Assembly (NCBI RefSeq): GCF_006345805.1
Contig: NC_043014.1
Location: forward strand, 14,694,001 to 14,758,000
Length of the DNA stretch: 64,000 nucleotides
From: Octopus sinensis
Taxonomy: Eukaryota
Reading direction: 5' to 3'
Shown here one piece after another: positions 1 to 12,309 of the stretch (position 1 is its first letter; every line of letters starts with the position of its first letter). Both the position numbers and the translations under genes were made by a program. The notes under the pieces are model-generated. The model was not told the origin of the DNA. It did no database searches and saw only the letters and a program-made list of their open reading frames with translations.

Positions 1-236
1 CACAAAATTGTTTTCATCTGACAAATATTTTCACATATAACAGTTTTACTGTAAAAATATCAGTGTATGTTTTCACAAGGTGAGTTTTACACAGACACCA
101 AAAGAAAAAGAAAAAACAAAGGAGAGAGAGAACCACATTGTACTAAAAAGTTGTATAGAAAATTTTTTGCATAAACAAAGTTTTTGTATATAACCGTAAC
201 CAAAAGAATATTCACAGAAAGAAAATTACATACATT

Positions 237-287
<51 letters not shown>

Positions 288-539
288 ATCCAAACATGGA
301 AACACAAAGAGAAAACACAACAACGTGAGGACATGGAACAAACAAGTATAGTATTATTGGATGCTCAGGAAAGAAGGAGGGTTTAATGTTTCGAGCGGAG
401 CATTTTGTCAGAAATATAGGAAAAGGAAAGATCCAAAGAAGGGAAGACTCAGGAAAAAGAAAAAACAAATCCCTAACGGTACACATGCGGTCACAGTAAA
501 TAAATGGAGTTGAATGCAGGTGTTATTCAAATTCTTTTA

Positions 540-625
540 CTTTCGACATATGTTTCGAAGACAACATTGGTTTTATTCCAAAGGAATAAACGGTGTAAAA
601 TAATGTAATCTTCTCATCAGGAAAG
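540..625 (-). ncRNA. Type I hammerhead ribozyme, apparently intact, in a Penelope-like repeat
   Basis: Minus strand reads CTTTC-CTGATGA-GAAGA...TCTTC-GAAA-CATATG-TC-GAAAG. Stem III is the palindrome ACATATGT; GUC site between 545 and 544. Confidence 0.78.
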
Positions 626-1208
626 AAAGAGAACCTATCTCAACAAGACATTATAACAATTTTGATGACTGCATAAATGATAAACAGAATGCTATATATA
701 TATATATATATATATATATGTTTCTATTTCTTTCTTTCTTTCTTCCTCTCTTCTTTTGGTTTGTCTGTCTATATTTGTGTATATATTTCGCTTAGGCATT
801 GTGAGACTAATAAACTGGTGTAGAACTCAATATATGTTTGTTTTAGAACAAAGTGTTGGCTGAGTACAGAGCAGTGATACGAAAGAAAGATGACAAAGGA
901 ATGAATTATTATCTTATCAACTTCATTAGATTACAGCTGATTCTGCTATAAGATGGACTTGAGACTTTTGCATCGTTGGTGTTGTTTTTTATATAGGCAC
1001 AAATGTAATTCTTTCCCAAATAAATTGCACTTCATATTCAAGGCCCCAGTGAAGATATAAGGTGTTACTCCATCACTCAGATATGAGTGCATTGCATCTT
1101 ATTGCAGAAACAGCTGTAAGCTAATGGAATTCATAAGATAATAATTTATTTCCTCTTTTTCTTAAGTGTGTGTACACATGCATACACATATATATGCATG
1201 TGTGTGTG

Positions 1209-1287
<79 letters not shown>

Positions 1288-1314
1288 TGTGTGTATATAT
1301 ATATATAGTGTGTG

Positions 1315-1351
<37 letters not shown>

Positions 1352-1382
1352 TGTGTGTATGTATATATATACACACATGTGA

Positions 1383-1420
<38 letters not shown>

Positions 1421-1717
1421 CTACAAAATTAGAAAATGGAGAAACATACTTAAATCAATAAAACATCAACCATCAGATGATACCCAATCAATACTTTATT
1501 ACACCATTACATAACAGTAAAGGCATTATACAAAATATATTGTAAATATAAATAGACAAGGAAATATAAATATACAATATAAAATATAATATGTAATTAT
1601 ATCATATCTGACAGCTGTTTCGGCAGTAAGGGCAATCATGCCTCATTTAACCTATAAGCCATAAAGGCAGGTAGTTATCCCATGGTGGGTTGAATTTTCA
1701 ACCCCTATCTCATTTTA

Positions 1718-1780
<63 letters not shown>

Positions 1781-3332
1781 ATATATATATATACATGTAT
1801 ATATATATATATATAATTTAAATTTACAGGAAAATGAAAGACAAAGACAGGTGTATAAACAACAAGCTGGTGTGTCAGTTTGGTGCTCTGGAAGGTGAGA
1901 AAGTCTTATACATATATATATATAATAGCTAGAAACTTGGGTCCGTGTGTATCACATCTTTTGTCATTGCTTCAGTTTGACCTGAGCATTTGTGAGTAGA
2001 ATTGAGCAGCAGAAATAAAAAGTATTCAGAAACACACACAAGTGAGTATTTGATGTCTTTAACGTTGCCCTCTTTTCACCTGACACTGTAATCTAGGGAA
2101 ATATTTTACAAACTTTTAATAATTGGCATTAGATAATTGAAATGAGATTATTTAGGTATTTAATCTAGTGTTTAGTGTTGAAAAATGTATCTACTCTATA
2201 TTTTAATCAATTTGATTACTGATAGGCATGTGGTGTCTGTCATGTAAACTTAATGTAAAATATTTTCCTCATTTGTTCAATATATGTTCAGTGTAATGGA
2301 CCGTATTAGTAAATCAATGCATCAGTCTTGTCAAAGATAGTGAGAAACTGGGGATATTTTTTAGAGTACAAGTATCTGTAAATATTCAATCATTTACACT
2401 ACAAATTAACAAGCCCTGCTTGGAAACAGTTTAGAGTTGGTGAGTACAGAGCGAAAATCTGCTGAAAGTTAAGTGCCAATACTCTTTACTCTTTTACTTG
2501 TTTCAGTCATGTGACTGTGGCCATGCTGGAGCACCGCCTTTAGTTGAGCAAATCAACCCCAGGACTTATTCGTTGGAAGCCTAGTACTTATTCTATGACT
2601 CTCTTTTGCCGAACCGCTAAGAGACGGGGACATAAACACACCACCATTTGTTGTCAAGTGATGCTGGGGGGACAAACACAGACACACAAACATACACACA
2701 CATACATATATACAACAGGCTTCTTTCAGTTTCCGTCTACCAAATCCACTCACAAGGCTTTGGTCGGCCCGAGGCTATAGTAGAAGACACTTGCCCAAGG
2801 TGCTACGCAGTGGGAATGAACCCGGAACCATGTGGTTGGTAAGCAAGCTACTTACCACACAGCCACTCCTGCGCCTATGCATAAAACTTCAAAATTTTTT
2901 CAGTCTGATGCAACAAGTGCCACAAACCCAATTGTCAGGATGCAGGATTTGAACAGAGTCATCTTCTTTTAGATGAATAACACAAGAGCTGAAGAGCCCT
3001 ATCTGCCCTGGGTCCACTGGGGTGTTTGTGACAATGACCTTCATCTGGAGGCTTTTTCTATAGCTGGGACTTTCATAGGGACTATAACTCTGGCTCAGCT
3101 CTGGGAACAATTATAGCTAAGAGGTGGTTCCACACTCCTCAAAACCTGGACTACCCAAACCAGAGCACTATAAGAGGGTGCAGTTTAAAGGCATACGTGG
3201 GTTGCAGCTATATACTCTCACTTACCTGAAGTGAACATTTAAGTTCGAGGGTCCGCATACACACAAATGTAGGAGAAACAAAATAATGAAAACAAAGCAG
3301 ATTTGATTATAAAAACAGACAACTCTACTCAC

Positions 3333-3503
3333 TTTTAGTGTGTCTACATTTTTGATGATGCTTTCACTGGAACCAAGAATCATGCCAAAAGTAAGTTTTT
3401 CTGGTTTGGTGTTTGGTGGTAATTGAAGCAATGAGTTTATCTCTACCCAATGACTGGCAGTGAATTGGTCCCCTCTGACCCATTTCAGTATAGGCAAAAC
3501 ATT
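3333..3503 (-). CDS. DYNC2H1: Dynein-2 heavy chain exon 11: NVLPILKWVRGDQFTASHWVEINSLLQLPPNTKPEKLTFGMILGSSESIIKNVDTLK
   Basis: Matches recalled IVIPILKYVRGEHLSPDHWLDLFRLLGLPRGTSLEKLLFGDLL (DHC_N2 region). Acceptor ttttccag, donor gtgagt, 171 nt. The 11 exons total 1778 nt and stay in frame. Confidence 0.94.
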
Positions 3504-4384
3504 CTGGAAAAGTTAAAGCAAGAAATCAAAGACATAATTTCCACCAACTGACAAAGAAAGCCATTAAATTTTTATTTTTAAGAAGACCTATGTTCGTTGA
3601 TACAAACAGGAAAACAGAACTCAAAACATGAGTTTATAAACATTTTTAGAATGGTGGGTCAAGGAAGGAGATAAATAATAGCTTCTATAATATTGCTATA
3701 GTGACCTGAAACTTTGTCTGGGACAAAAGTGTATAAAAAAAAAAAAAAACCCTCCAAAAAAACGCCTCCTCCCCAAAAAAACCTTGCACCACTTGCTTGC
3801 GATTTTTCATTCTTTGATACACAACAGCAGACAAAAATCAGCCATCTTTGTCATTGTAATCTTTTAATGTTTCATTCTTTTACTTGCCTCAAAGGGTTTT
3901 AGTCCAAGAAATCAACCGCAAAACTTATTCTTTGTAAGCCTAGTACTTATTCTATTGGCCCCTTTTGCTGAACTGCTAAGTTACGAGGATGGAAACACAC
4001 CAGCATTGATTGTCAAATGATAGCAGGGAAACAAACACAGACACACACGTAAATATATACATACATACATACATATATATACATATGATGGGCTTCTTTC
4101 AGTTTCTGTCTAACAAATCCACTCACAAGGCTTTGGTCGACCTAAGGCTAGAATAGAGGAAACTTGCCCAAGGTACCATGCAGTGGGACTGAACCTGGAA
4201 CTATGTGGTTGTGAAGCAAGCTTCTTACCACAAAGCCACACCTGCACCTATTGTATGAGTACACTTATTTTGTTTTTCTCTTTCTTTCTGCAGGATCTTT
4301 ATCCTCAGATGCCTTTTCTATGACCAACTGATTTACAGCATGACCACAGAGCATTTTAGTGAACTAGAGAGGTTTGTTTCCAAC

Positions 4385-4600
4385 AAGATATATATGGATC
4401 AAGATACTTTGCATATGGATGAAGACAGCTGCATCAAAGAAAGCCAATCTCTAATTGTGGAGGTAATGCATGTAAGGGGTAGACCCAGGATATTGTGGGA
4501 TGAAGTGGTGAGAAAGGATTTTCAGCTGTGGGGCCTCACAGAGGTGACGACAAAGGACCGAAACGTCTGGTGGTTTGCTGTGCTTGGGAAGTTAAGTAAA
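4385..4600 (+). mobile_element. RTE-type LINE reverse-transcriptase C-terminal fragment; similar fragment at ~24250-24400
   Basis: RGRPRILWDEVVRKDFQLWGLTEVTTKDRNVWWFAV matches the RGRP-x-W...D-R-x-x-W terminus of RTE-clade ORFs. Confidence 0.7.
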
Positions 4601-4651
4601 ATTATGGTTGTCCTTCCATACAGGCATTTCCCCAGCATCCTTCTTCAGCTG

Positions 4652-4961
4652 GTGGAGGCACATGGCCTAGTGGTTAGAGCAGCGGACTCACGGTCAACGG
4701 ATCGCAGGTTCGAATCTCAGACCGGGTGATGTGTGTGTTTATGAGCGAAAACACCTAAGTACCACGTGGCTCTGGCAGAGGGTAATGGCGAACTTCTGCT
4801 GACTCTTTTGCCACAACTTTCTCTCACTCTTTCTTCCTGTATCTTGCAGCTCACCTGTGACAGACCGGCGTACCATCCAGGTGGGGAATCTATATGCCAA
4901 GGAAACCGGGAAACCGGCCCTTATGAGCCAGGCATAGCTCGAGAAGGAACAACAAAAAAAA
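4652..4961 (+). mobile_element. tRNA-derived SINE with 16-bp TSD; family copies at ~15545-15842 (-), 50905-51207 (-, 12-bp TSD), ~54975-55279 (-)
   Basis: A box TGGCCTAGTGG, B box GTTCGAATC, (AAC)/A-rich tail. TSD CATCCTTCTTCAGCTG at 4636-4651 and 4962-4977. Confidence 0.9.
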
Positions 4962-5174
4962 CATCCTTCTTCAGCTGAGCAATACTAATCTTGTAGACTC
5001 ATAGGTGCTGGTGCCACTTAAAAAGCACCCGTGTCAGTGTCATGAGAAGGCACTCATACTGATGCTGTGAAAAAGCATCTAGTACACACTGTAAAGTGGT
5101 TGGTGTTAGGAAGGGCATCCAGGTGTAAAAACCATGCCAAAATGGACATGGAGCCCAGGCAGCTCTTCAGTTAG

Positions 5175-5402
5175 CTAGCCCCTATTGTTGTTGTTGTCGT
5201 TGTTAAGCAACAAGATGGGTAAGGGTGATTAGGTGATGGTCTAGGGCTTAGGGGCAGGAGACCCCAGAACTTGGAAGCAAAAACAAAAAACTTTGGTAGT
5301 CTTGTTGTAGTCGAGGGCTCTTCGTTGACACCTGACACCACTAGGAGGTGGCCCTCGAAGTCGCTGGAAATGGAGATCTCCAGGTCCAAATTCTTGAACG
5401 GC
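5175..5402 (-). repeat. LINE-like 3' fragment with (AAC)n tail; inverted family copy at ~47175-47390
   Basis: Both copies give the same pseudo-ORF DLEISISSDFEGHL.VVSGVN.EPSTT. Confidence 0.7.
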
Positions 5403-6504
5403 AGCTAGCTCCTATCAAAAAGTCCAGCCCATACCAGTATGGAAAACGGATATTAAATTATGATGATGGTGATGATTATGAAGAGTTGACCCAAAGTCAT
5501 ATCCATGAAACACTAGCAGAGATAGAATCAGAGATAAATAATATTAAAACCTAATATCATTCTATGGTGTTTATAGTTAGTAAGCAGCATTACAAGGTCT
5601 GCCGGTGTCCATAACCTACAAACACCTTATGTCATTGATAGCTTCACTTACAGTTTTATATAGATGTACACATATGTACATATATGTGTATGTGTGGGTG
5701 TGCGTGTAAGAGTATGTATTTGTGTATATATATATGTATATATTTATAGATGTGTGTATAAATATATATATGCATACACACACATAGATATGCATATATA
5801 CGTACATGCACATATATATATGTACACACACATATATATACATACACACATATATATATATGTACACACACACACACACATGTATATATACATACATATA
5901 CACATACACATATATAAATATATATATGTACATATATATATATATATATATATACATATTATATTATATTATATTATATTATATTATATTATATTATATT
6001 ATTTTATATTACATTGAATTATGTGTGTGTATACATACATATACACACACATAATTTAACTGCTGTTATGATAAATACCTCCAGCAATTTTTGACTTGAA
6101 AGGCTTCCAAAAGACAGAAGAAGCAATATTAGAGAAAATGAAGAATATATACATCATATATATATATATATATATATCATCCTCAACATCTTCATCATCA
6201 TTTAACATTCTCCTAAAATGCTGGCATGGGTTGAACCGTTTGACAAGTGCTGGCAAGTCAGAAGAATCTGTGCCAAGCTCTACTGACTGCTTTGACAAAG
6301 CTTCTACCACCGGGTATCCTTCTTAATGCCAGCCATTTTACAGAGGGTACTGGATGCTTCTTACATGGCACCGGCAATAGTGAGGCCACCATGTAACTTG
6401 TGAGACAAGATCCCATGAGTGAAGGGGAGAGTGGCTTTGTGCCAGGTGATAAGAAGTTAGGGGATGAATAAAGGGGGAGATATAGGTGTCTTGCAAGGGT
6501 TCCT

Positions 6505-6810
6505 CAGTTGGAGAGGGAGGGGGAGAGAGAGGAGAAAGAGAAGAGAGAGAGGGGGAGAGAAAGGGAGAGGGAGGAGAGAAAGGGAGAAGGGGAGAGAGGG
6601 GAGAAAGAGAGGAGGGAGGAGAGAGAGGGAGAGAGAAGAGAAAGAGAACAGAGGGAGGAGAGAGAGGGAGAGAGAGGAGAGGGAGGAGAGAGAGGAGAAA
6701 GAGAAGAGAGAGGAGAAAGAGGAGGGAGGAGAAAGAGAAGAGAGAGGGAGGAGGGAGAGGGAGGAGAGAGAGGAGAGGGAGGAGAAAGAGAAGAGAGAGG
6801 GAGAGAGAAA
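6505..6810. repeat. Polypurine (GA-rich) low-complexity tract
   Basis: About 300 bp almost exclusively G/A on the + strand. Confidence 0.9.
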
Positions 6811-6861
6811 CAAACAGACAGATAAATGTGAGCCTGTGTATATACATATATATGTATATAT

Positions 6862-6893
<32 letters not shown>

Positions 6894-6979
6894 TTGTATG
6901 TATAATAGACCCTCACACACTCTAGAAAGCCAGAAAGCCAGCATCACAATAAATGATTTTTTTACTAAAGGAAACTTAC

Positions 6980-7091
6980 CCTGTATCTGTCGATGTCGTT
7001 TACCAAACGTGCAATCAAAGTATTGACTGTCAAAGTTTGCAACTTCTCAAACCATTTGTTGATAAATTCTTCAAAGGAATGCAGTTTCTTT
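6980..7091 (-). CDS. DYNC2H1: Dynein-2 heavy chain exon 10: KKLHSFEEFINKWFEKLQTLTVNTLIARLVNDIDRYR
   Basis: Matches recalled TKTYLFEEFLMNWHDRLRK...KLQSEVDKYK. Acceptor ccaatcag, donor gtaagt, 112 nt. Confidence 0.92.
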
Positions 7092-7453
7092 CTGATTGGA
7101 GATGAAGAAAAATATGAAAAATAAATAAACAAAAAAAAATTTGAGAAAACAAACATGAAATAGTAAAATAAAACTAAATATTAAGATGGTCTAACATTTG
7201 AACCGGTATAGTTGGTGACATAAACAGCAACCCTTAACATTGGTGTACCAATGAGGACTTCTTTTACGTAGAAAAATTCAAGGTAAGATGGACTGAAATG
7301 TCTCTGTTTCTTATTGTTTCCTCATTAACCTTTTTCATCCTAAACTGTTTGAGACCATCCTTGATTTTACGACAAAAACTTCCTGACTGAATTAAAATAT
7401 TCTTTTATTAAAATTTAATTTTAATTTGACATCCAAACATTTATTAAGAAAAT

Positions 7454-7894
7454 ATGTCTTCATCATCTCTGTTTTGTTGTCGGTTCCTTCGGCTGTCACA
7501 TTATCTTCGATGCTCTAATTCTTTCGTCGGCAATCGCTTCAAGTCATTATTGCAATTCACTCCTGGGATCCGTACTTCTTCACAACTTCAAGGAACTCCT
7601 GCCAACCTTAAGAGAGCAACTAATTTTGATAAACGCATTTTGGTTTGGCATAAGAAATATAAATCTGTTGAAGATGTCCCCGAATACATTTCGATATCAG
7701 TGATCAACAAAGCCAAAGACTTGAGCCGTGTCTATGTCAGCCTCTGCATGGTTGCTGTCACCATTGTCCTTTGCATCATTGTGATGTACAGCGGGAGACA
7801 GGCTGCAAAACGGGGTGAAGGAGTGTCAAAGACCAACATGGAGTGGCACCGCCAATATAATAAAGAAAAGAATGGAGATGACACCAAGAACTAA
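7454..7894 (+). CDS. FAM162: FAM162 / UPF0389 (HGTD-P-like) mitochondrial membrane protein, 146 aa, intronless ORF antisense within a DYNC2H1 intron
   Basis: Motif TNFDKRILVWHKKYKSVEDVPEYIS...KAKDLSRV, one TM helix (VYVSLCMVAVTIVLCIIVMYSG) and GRQAAKRGE...NMEWH match the FAM162/DUF1075 pattern as I recall it. The Arg/Ser/Leu-rich N-terminus resembles a mitochondrial presequence. Confidence 0.85.
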   Translation: MSSSSLFCCRFLRLSHYLRCSNSFVGNRFKSLLQFTPGIRTSSQLQGTPANLKRATNFDKRILVWHKKYKSVEDVPEYISISVINKAKDLSRVYVSLCMVAVTIVLCIIVMYSGRQAAKRGEGVSKTNMEWHRQYNKEKNGDDTKN

Positions 7895-7914
7895 GACATA
7901 TTGCTTCTTCCTCT

Positions 7915-7948
<34 letters not shown>

Positions 7949-8389
7949 CACACAGTCTCTGCACACAGTTTCATGTAGAGGCATGTATACACAAACAAGC
8001 ACATGCCCTTACACATACACATTAACACCTACACACTCACATAAACCACCCCATGACAATCAATATAGACTAACACACCCACAAATACATGCACACACAC
8101 GCATGCACGCACGTGCATACTTAATCATGCAAACACGTTTTCATTCTTGTTCCCCAAACAACCCTGCATATATACACCTAAACCGTGTGCTCCTTCTTCC
8201 TCCCACCACACACACATACATGCACACACACACACACAAAGGCAGTGTCCCATACACATATATATATATCATGTGATTGAGCAGACTGTTGAATGCTGTT
8301 ATACATCGCTAGCCACAATGCACTTTGCATCATTTTAGCTTTCTAATGAGGCCACCCTACTGACTAAGTCAGCAGGCCAAAATACATAC

Positions 8390-8436
<47 letters not shown>

Positions 8437-8633
8437 TACACATACACACACATACATACATATACATACATACAGGATGAGCCAAAAGTCAAGCACAAAA
8501 TTCAATATGTTCTAGAATTGTCTATGACATGTTTCAGTTTTTCTAAAATTGAATAAAACAATATTGAACACATACGTACTTGTACACGTTGAACAAAATG
8601 AATAATAATAATAACAACAATAATAATAATAAC

Positions 8634-8796
8634 TACACTCACGGAGTGGTTGGCGTTAGGAAGGGCATCCAGCTGTAGAAACACTGCCAGATCAGACTGG
8701 GCCTTGTGCAGCCTTCTGGCTTCCCAGACCCCAGTTGAACCGTCCAACCCATGCTAGCATGGAAAGCGGACGTTAAACGATGATGATGATGATGAT
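8634..8796 (+). mobile_element. LINE/SINE 3' tail family (GGAGTGGTTGGCGTTAGGAAGGGCATCCAGCTGTAGAAAC...CGGACGTTAAAC(GAT)n); copies at ~13375-13520, ~23978-24135 (-), ~24555-24745, ~28850-29020, ~58760-58945, ~63840-64000
   Basis: Multi-copy similarity with (GAT)n microsatellite tails, typical of RTE-clade retroposons. Confidence 0.8.
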
Positions 8797-9548
8797 GTTT
8801 CAAACACCTATCTTAATAATGATTTTAAATTTTGCTACAGCTTGGGGGGGGGGGATTAAGTCAATTACATTGAATCCAGTGCATAACTGGTATTTATTTA
8901 ATTGACCTCAAAAGGATGAAAAGTAAAGTCAACCTCAGCAGAATTTGTACTTAGAAGACAGCAAGCTGGCGGAAAGGTTAGCACGCTGGGCGAAATGCTT
9001 AGTGGTATTTCATCTGCTGTTACATTCTGAGTTCAAATTTCGCCAAGGTCAACTTTGCCTTTCATCCTTTCAGGGTTGATAAAATAAGTACCAGTTACGC
9101 ACTGGGGTTGATATAATCGATTTAATCTATTTGTCTGTCCTTGTTTGTCCTCTCTGTGTTTAGCCCCCTGTGGGTAGTAAAGAAATAGGTATTTCATCTG
9201 CCGCTACGTTCTGAGTTCAAATTCCGCCGAGATCAACTTTGCCTTTCATTCTTTCGGGGTCGATGAATTAAGTACCAGTTATGCACTGGGGTCGATGTAA
9301 TCGATTTAGTCCCTTTGTCCGTCCTTGTTTGACTCCTGTATGTTTAGCTCCTTGTGGGCAATGAAGAAATAAGAATTTGGACTCAATGTAAAGACAGACG
9401 AAATACTGCTAAGCATTTTGCCTGGTGTGCTAACGATTCTGCCAGCTCGCCACCTTAAACACTATCTTAATAATAGTCAAGTTATTTTGTTAAATTCATT
9501 GTTATTTTCCAGATTAATTGAAACATAGACTGTGTATTTTAACAGACA

Positions 9549-11545
9549 CTAACTCAATGACCCGGCGTTGCCTGAGTTACTGCTGTTCTTATTCAGATTA
9601 GAAAACAATAAATATAAAGATATATTCTCATAATTATTTCAAAATATCTATATTTTATTAAAATAATATCCAAATTGTAATGATAATAGAATTTTGAACT
9701 GAAAGTCTGTCAATGTTGAATCACCTCAGAGTAAACAATATTCACTGTATAATTTTTTGTTAGTGTCGAAATGAATAAATTCTTGCTGCTTCCAAGTCAT
9801 GAGGAAGCAACATAGGGTTGGCCATGGGAGAAGTATGTAGTAGAGAGATCAATACAACTACATTGAGGGATTGACCCTGACATTTGTTAATTGAAATGCC
9901 AAAACTTAATTTGATTGGACACTGAAGCCTCTTAAATTCAAATGTGGTATGAGAGGAAATTTGATTGGACACTGAAGCCTCTTAAATTCATCTGTGGTAT
10001 GAGAGGAAATTTTGATATAAAGACATTTTCTTGTTTGTGACTAACTGTTATGATTGTTGCCTGTAGGACATGGGGCTTCATAGAAGTAATTAAGCGAGTT
10101 CCATTACACTGGCGAGATGGGTCAAGATTCCTAAGCAACAATAATGGGGCACCCAGTTTTAGTGTTAAGTTATGCAGTGGTATCCCAGTGGGTTTAAGTA
10201 TGTTCAGAAATTCAACAGGGTATTGAACAACCTGATCTTGATCGACTGTTGTCAATAAATCAAAAAGTCATTTCTGATGCATCTGTTAAATTTTGAAGAA
10301 GTTCATGATTCAGTTTACCAACCATTTCATTAGTTGTAGCCAGTATGGCTCTTTCACATAACCAGTTTACATCAGTCTAATTGACCGATAAATTAGGAAA
10401 TACTTTATCCATAAGATCCCAAAGAGAAAGTCTCATTTGACCGCATGTAATTTCATGTAGCTGAAGTCTTGAGTTGAAAGTCAAAACCCCATTATCAGTC
10501 TTGGGCAGCTTGTATGATCATCTTACTCTTATGTCGCTTGTAAGATGAAGTTTTTTCACTTGTCTCCAAAAGTACAATTTTTGTAAGAATGTACTGACCT
10601 CATCAGCTTTGATCCTTTGGCAACATTTGATGTAAATCTCTTCCAAAAAGAACTGTTACTCCTCCCACGAGCATGCTATTGTTTTTTATGTCTTGGAGGC
10701 TACAGCCAACTACCTCCAGTGCTCTATGATGTGACATAGTGCACTGATCCCAAACAATGAGGCAAGTTTGTTGGAGAACTGTTGCCATTGCAGAGTTTTG
10801 GAAATGATGCACATTTGAGATTCTTTCATTGCAAGGTTTACAGCGAGTCTGAACATGGAATGAGCAGTCCTACCCCTATTGAGGAGGGTAGCTGCAATAC
10901 CAGAAGATACAACACTGGAAGAAGGTTAGATTTTATTTCCTCCCATTTAGGATTGCAGGTGAGAGTGACAAAAAGGTCTGGTTTTCCATATGTCCTGACA
11001 TATGTCATAACATCTTGTGTTCGTTCATGCATATATCAAGGACTGCATGTGAATGATGATGGAAGGATTATACATTGCCCCATGTTTCAAATATCACCAG
11101 CTGTCTTCAGAGCATCTTGGAGATGGACATAATTTTTAGTCCTTAACTTTTTTTGATTGTTACAAATGTAGAGGAGACACTCAATCTCAACTTTAGCGTA
11201 CATATCAACAAGGTATTACTGAAATAGATCACAATACATGTGTAATTGAGTTGATTGTTCTGGTCTTAACATCAGTTGATAAGAATAGAAGTCATTTGAC
11301 AACACCTTTTTGATTATAACTGGCTCTCCTGTAGCAGGTTCAATCTGTGGAATATTGAAATGAAACCCATTCTGTTCATTCCACAAAATAAGAGGATACT
11401 GGAGAACATCATAAGAGGGACGAGTCTCTGAAACATATTTGTTATCTCCAGCACGAATGAGAATATCATGATTTTCGTGGGGATCACCTACCATAAGGAT
11501 AGCTACTTCATTAGATGTGGGCTCAATAAAATACTGTTAAAGGCA
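9549..11545 (-). mobile_element. Degenerate, internally deleted Helitron (Rep-helicase) relic
   Basis: Frameshifted fragments YGKPDLFVTLTCNPKWEEI (Rep region), LIVWDQCTM...GGVTVLFGRDLHQMLP and QYPVEFLN...LLLLRNLDPSRQCNGTRL (PIF1-like helicase). 3' end GCAACGCCGGG...TTAG near 9549; 48-bp tandem duplication at ~9909-10004. Confidence 0.88.
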
Positions 11546-12309
11546 TAACGAATGGGGAAACACACACACACACTCACAGACACATACACACTCATACACA
11601 TATGTAGATATGGTGGTATAAAATGTCATTTACGATAGTTTACTTATAGAAAGATTGTAATCTTAAATTTTTACAATGCAAATATGTAAATGAAAATAAA
11701 GTTTATTTGGTAGCTGAAAGATTACTGAATCTTTTGATACCCCATACGGCAAAATCAGCAACTAAGTTTTCGAATACATAAGGGACATAGACACATACAC
11801 ACACAAACTCTGCTCTCACAGGCTGAAATAAATACACACATGCAACGGGCTTCTTTCAGTTTCTGTCAACTAAATCCACTCACAAATCTGTGACTGGCGG
11901 AAGACAAACTTGTCCTATGTGCCACACTGTGGGACTGAACCTAGAACCATTTTGTTTGGAAGCAACCGCCTTACCACACAGCCAAGCTTGTCGGTAATAT
12001 GTGAATGATTCAAGTATTGTTTTGATTATGCTCGTTTGCTTATGGAGACAGACATGCTGGTTACTGTGCTTAATTAATCAGCTACTCATGTGTCTTTTAA
12101 ACTGTAAGTTATTGTATAAAGAAATATTCAAATTGCAGTTTGTATGGTTGCAGATCTGATGACAGGGAGTCTCAAGTCATTAATCCTTGCTTCATTATAT
12201 GCCCTCTGGCATACAACGGGGAAAGAACAAGATGCTTTCATGACTTTGCAGCAGAAACTAAGTGGAAAGATAACTAAAATAAAATGGCCAAAGAATTACA
12301 AAGACAATA

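Noticed and set aside
385-412. CTGACAA...GAAAC motifs (also ~35735-35765) and CTGATGAAGGG (27115-27130, 43845-43860), all minus strand
   Set aside because: The core is mutated or no paired stem II/GAAA follows.
2885-3230. GC-richer segment with a 73-aa minus-strand ORF
   Set aside because: No recognisable homology or splice context; probably an old TE fragment.
3220-3240. Minus-strand TTCAG|GTAAGT resembling a recursive splice site
   Set aside because: It is only ~100 nt from the real donor, and a single motif like this is expected by chance.
1-3332. Next DYNC2H1 exon (expected to resemble DLNSRAQGEVTIREAL) and, at the other end, an upstream exon in 60393-64000
   Set aside because: No matching translation was found, so they presumably lie outside the window.
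4340-4729. 129-aa + strand ORF
   Set aside because: It is a chimera of an RTE LINE C-terminal fragment and a SINE head, not a host gene.
4652-4730. tRNA gene
   Set aside because: It has A and B boxes but continues into a SINE body with a tail and TSD; no complete cloverleaf.
226-6947. YI/HT/CV-repeat ORFs and the E/R-rich ORFs at 6338-6947
   Set aside because: They derive from (TA)n, (CA)n and GA-rich tracts.
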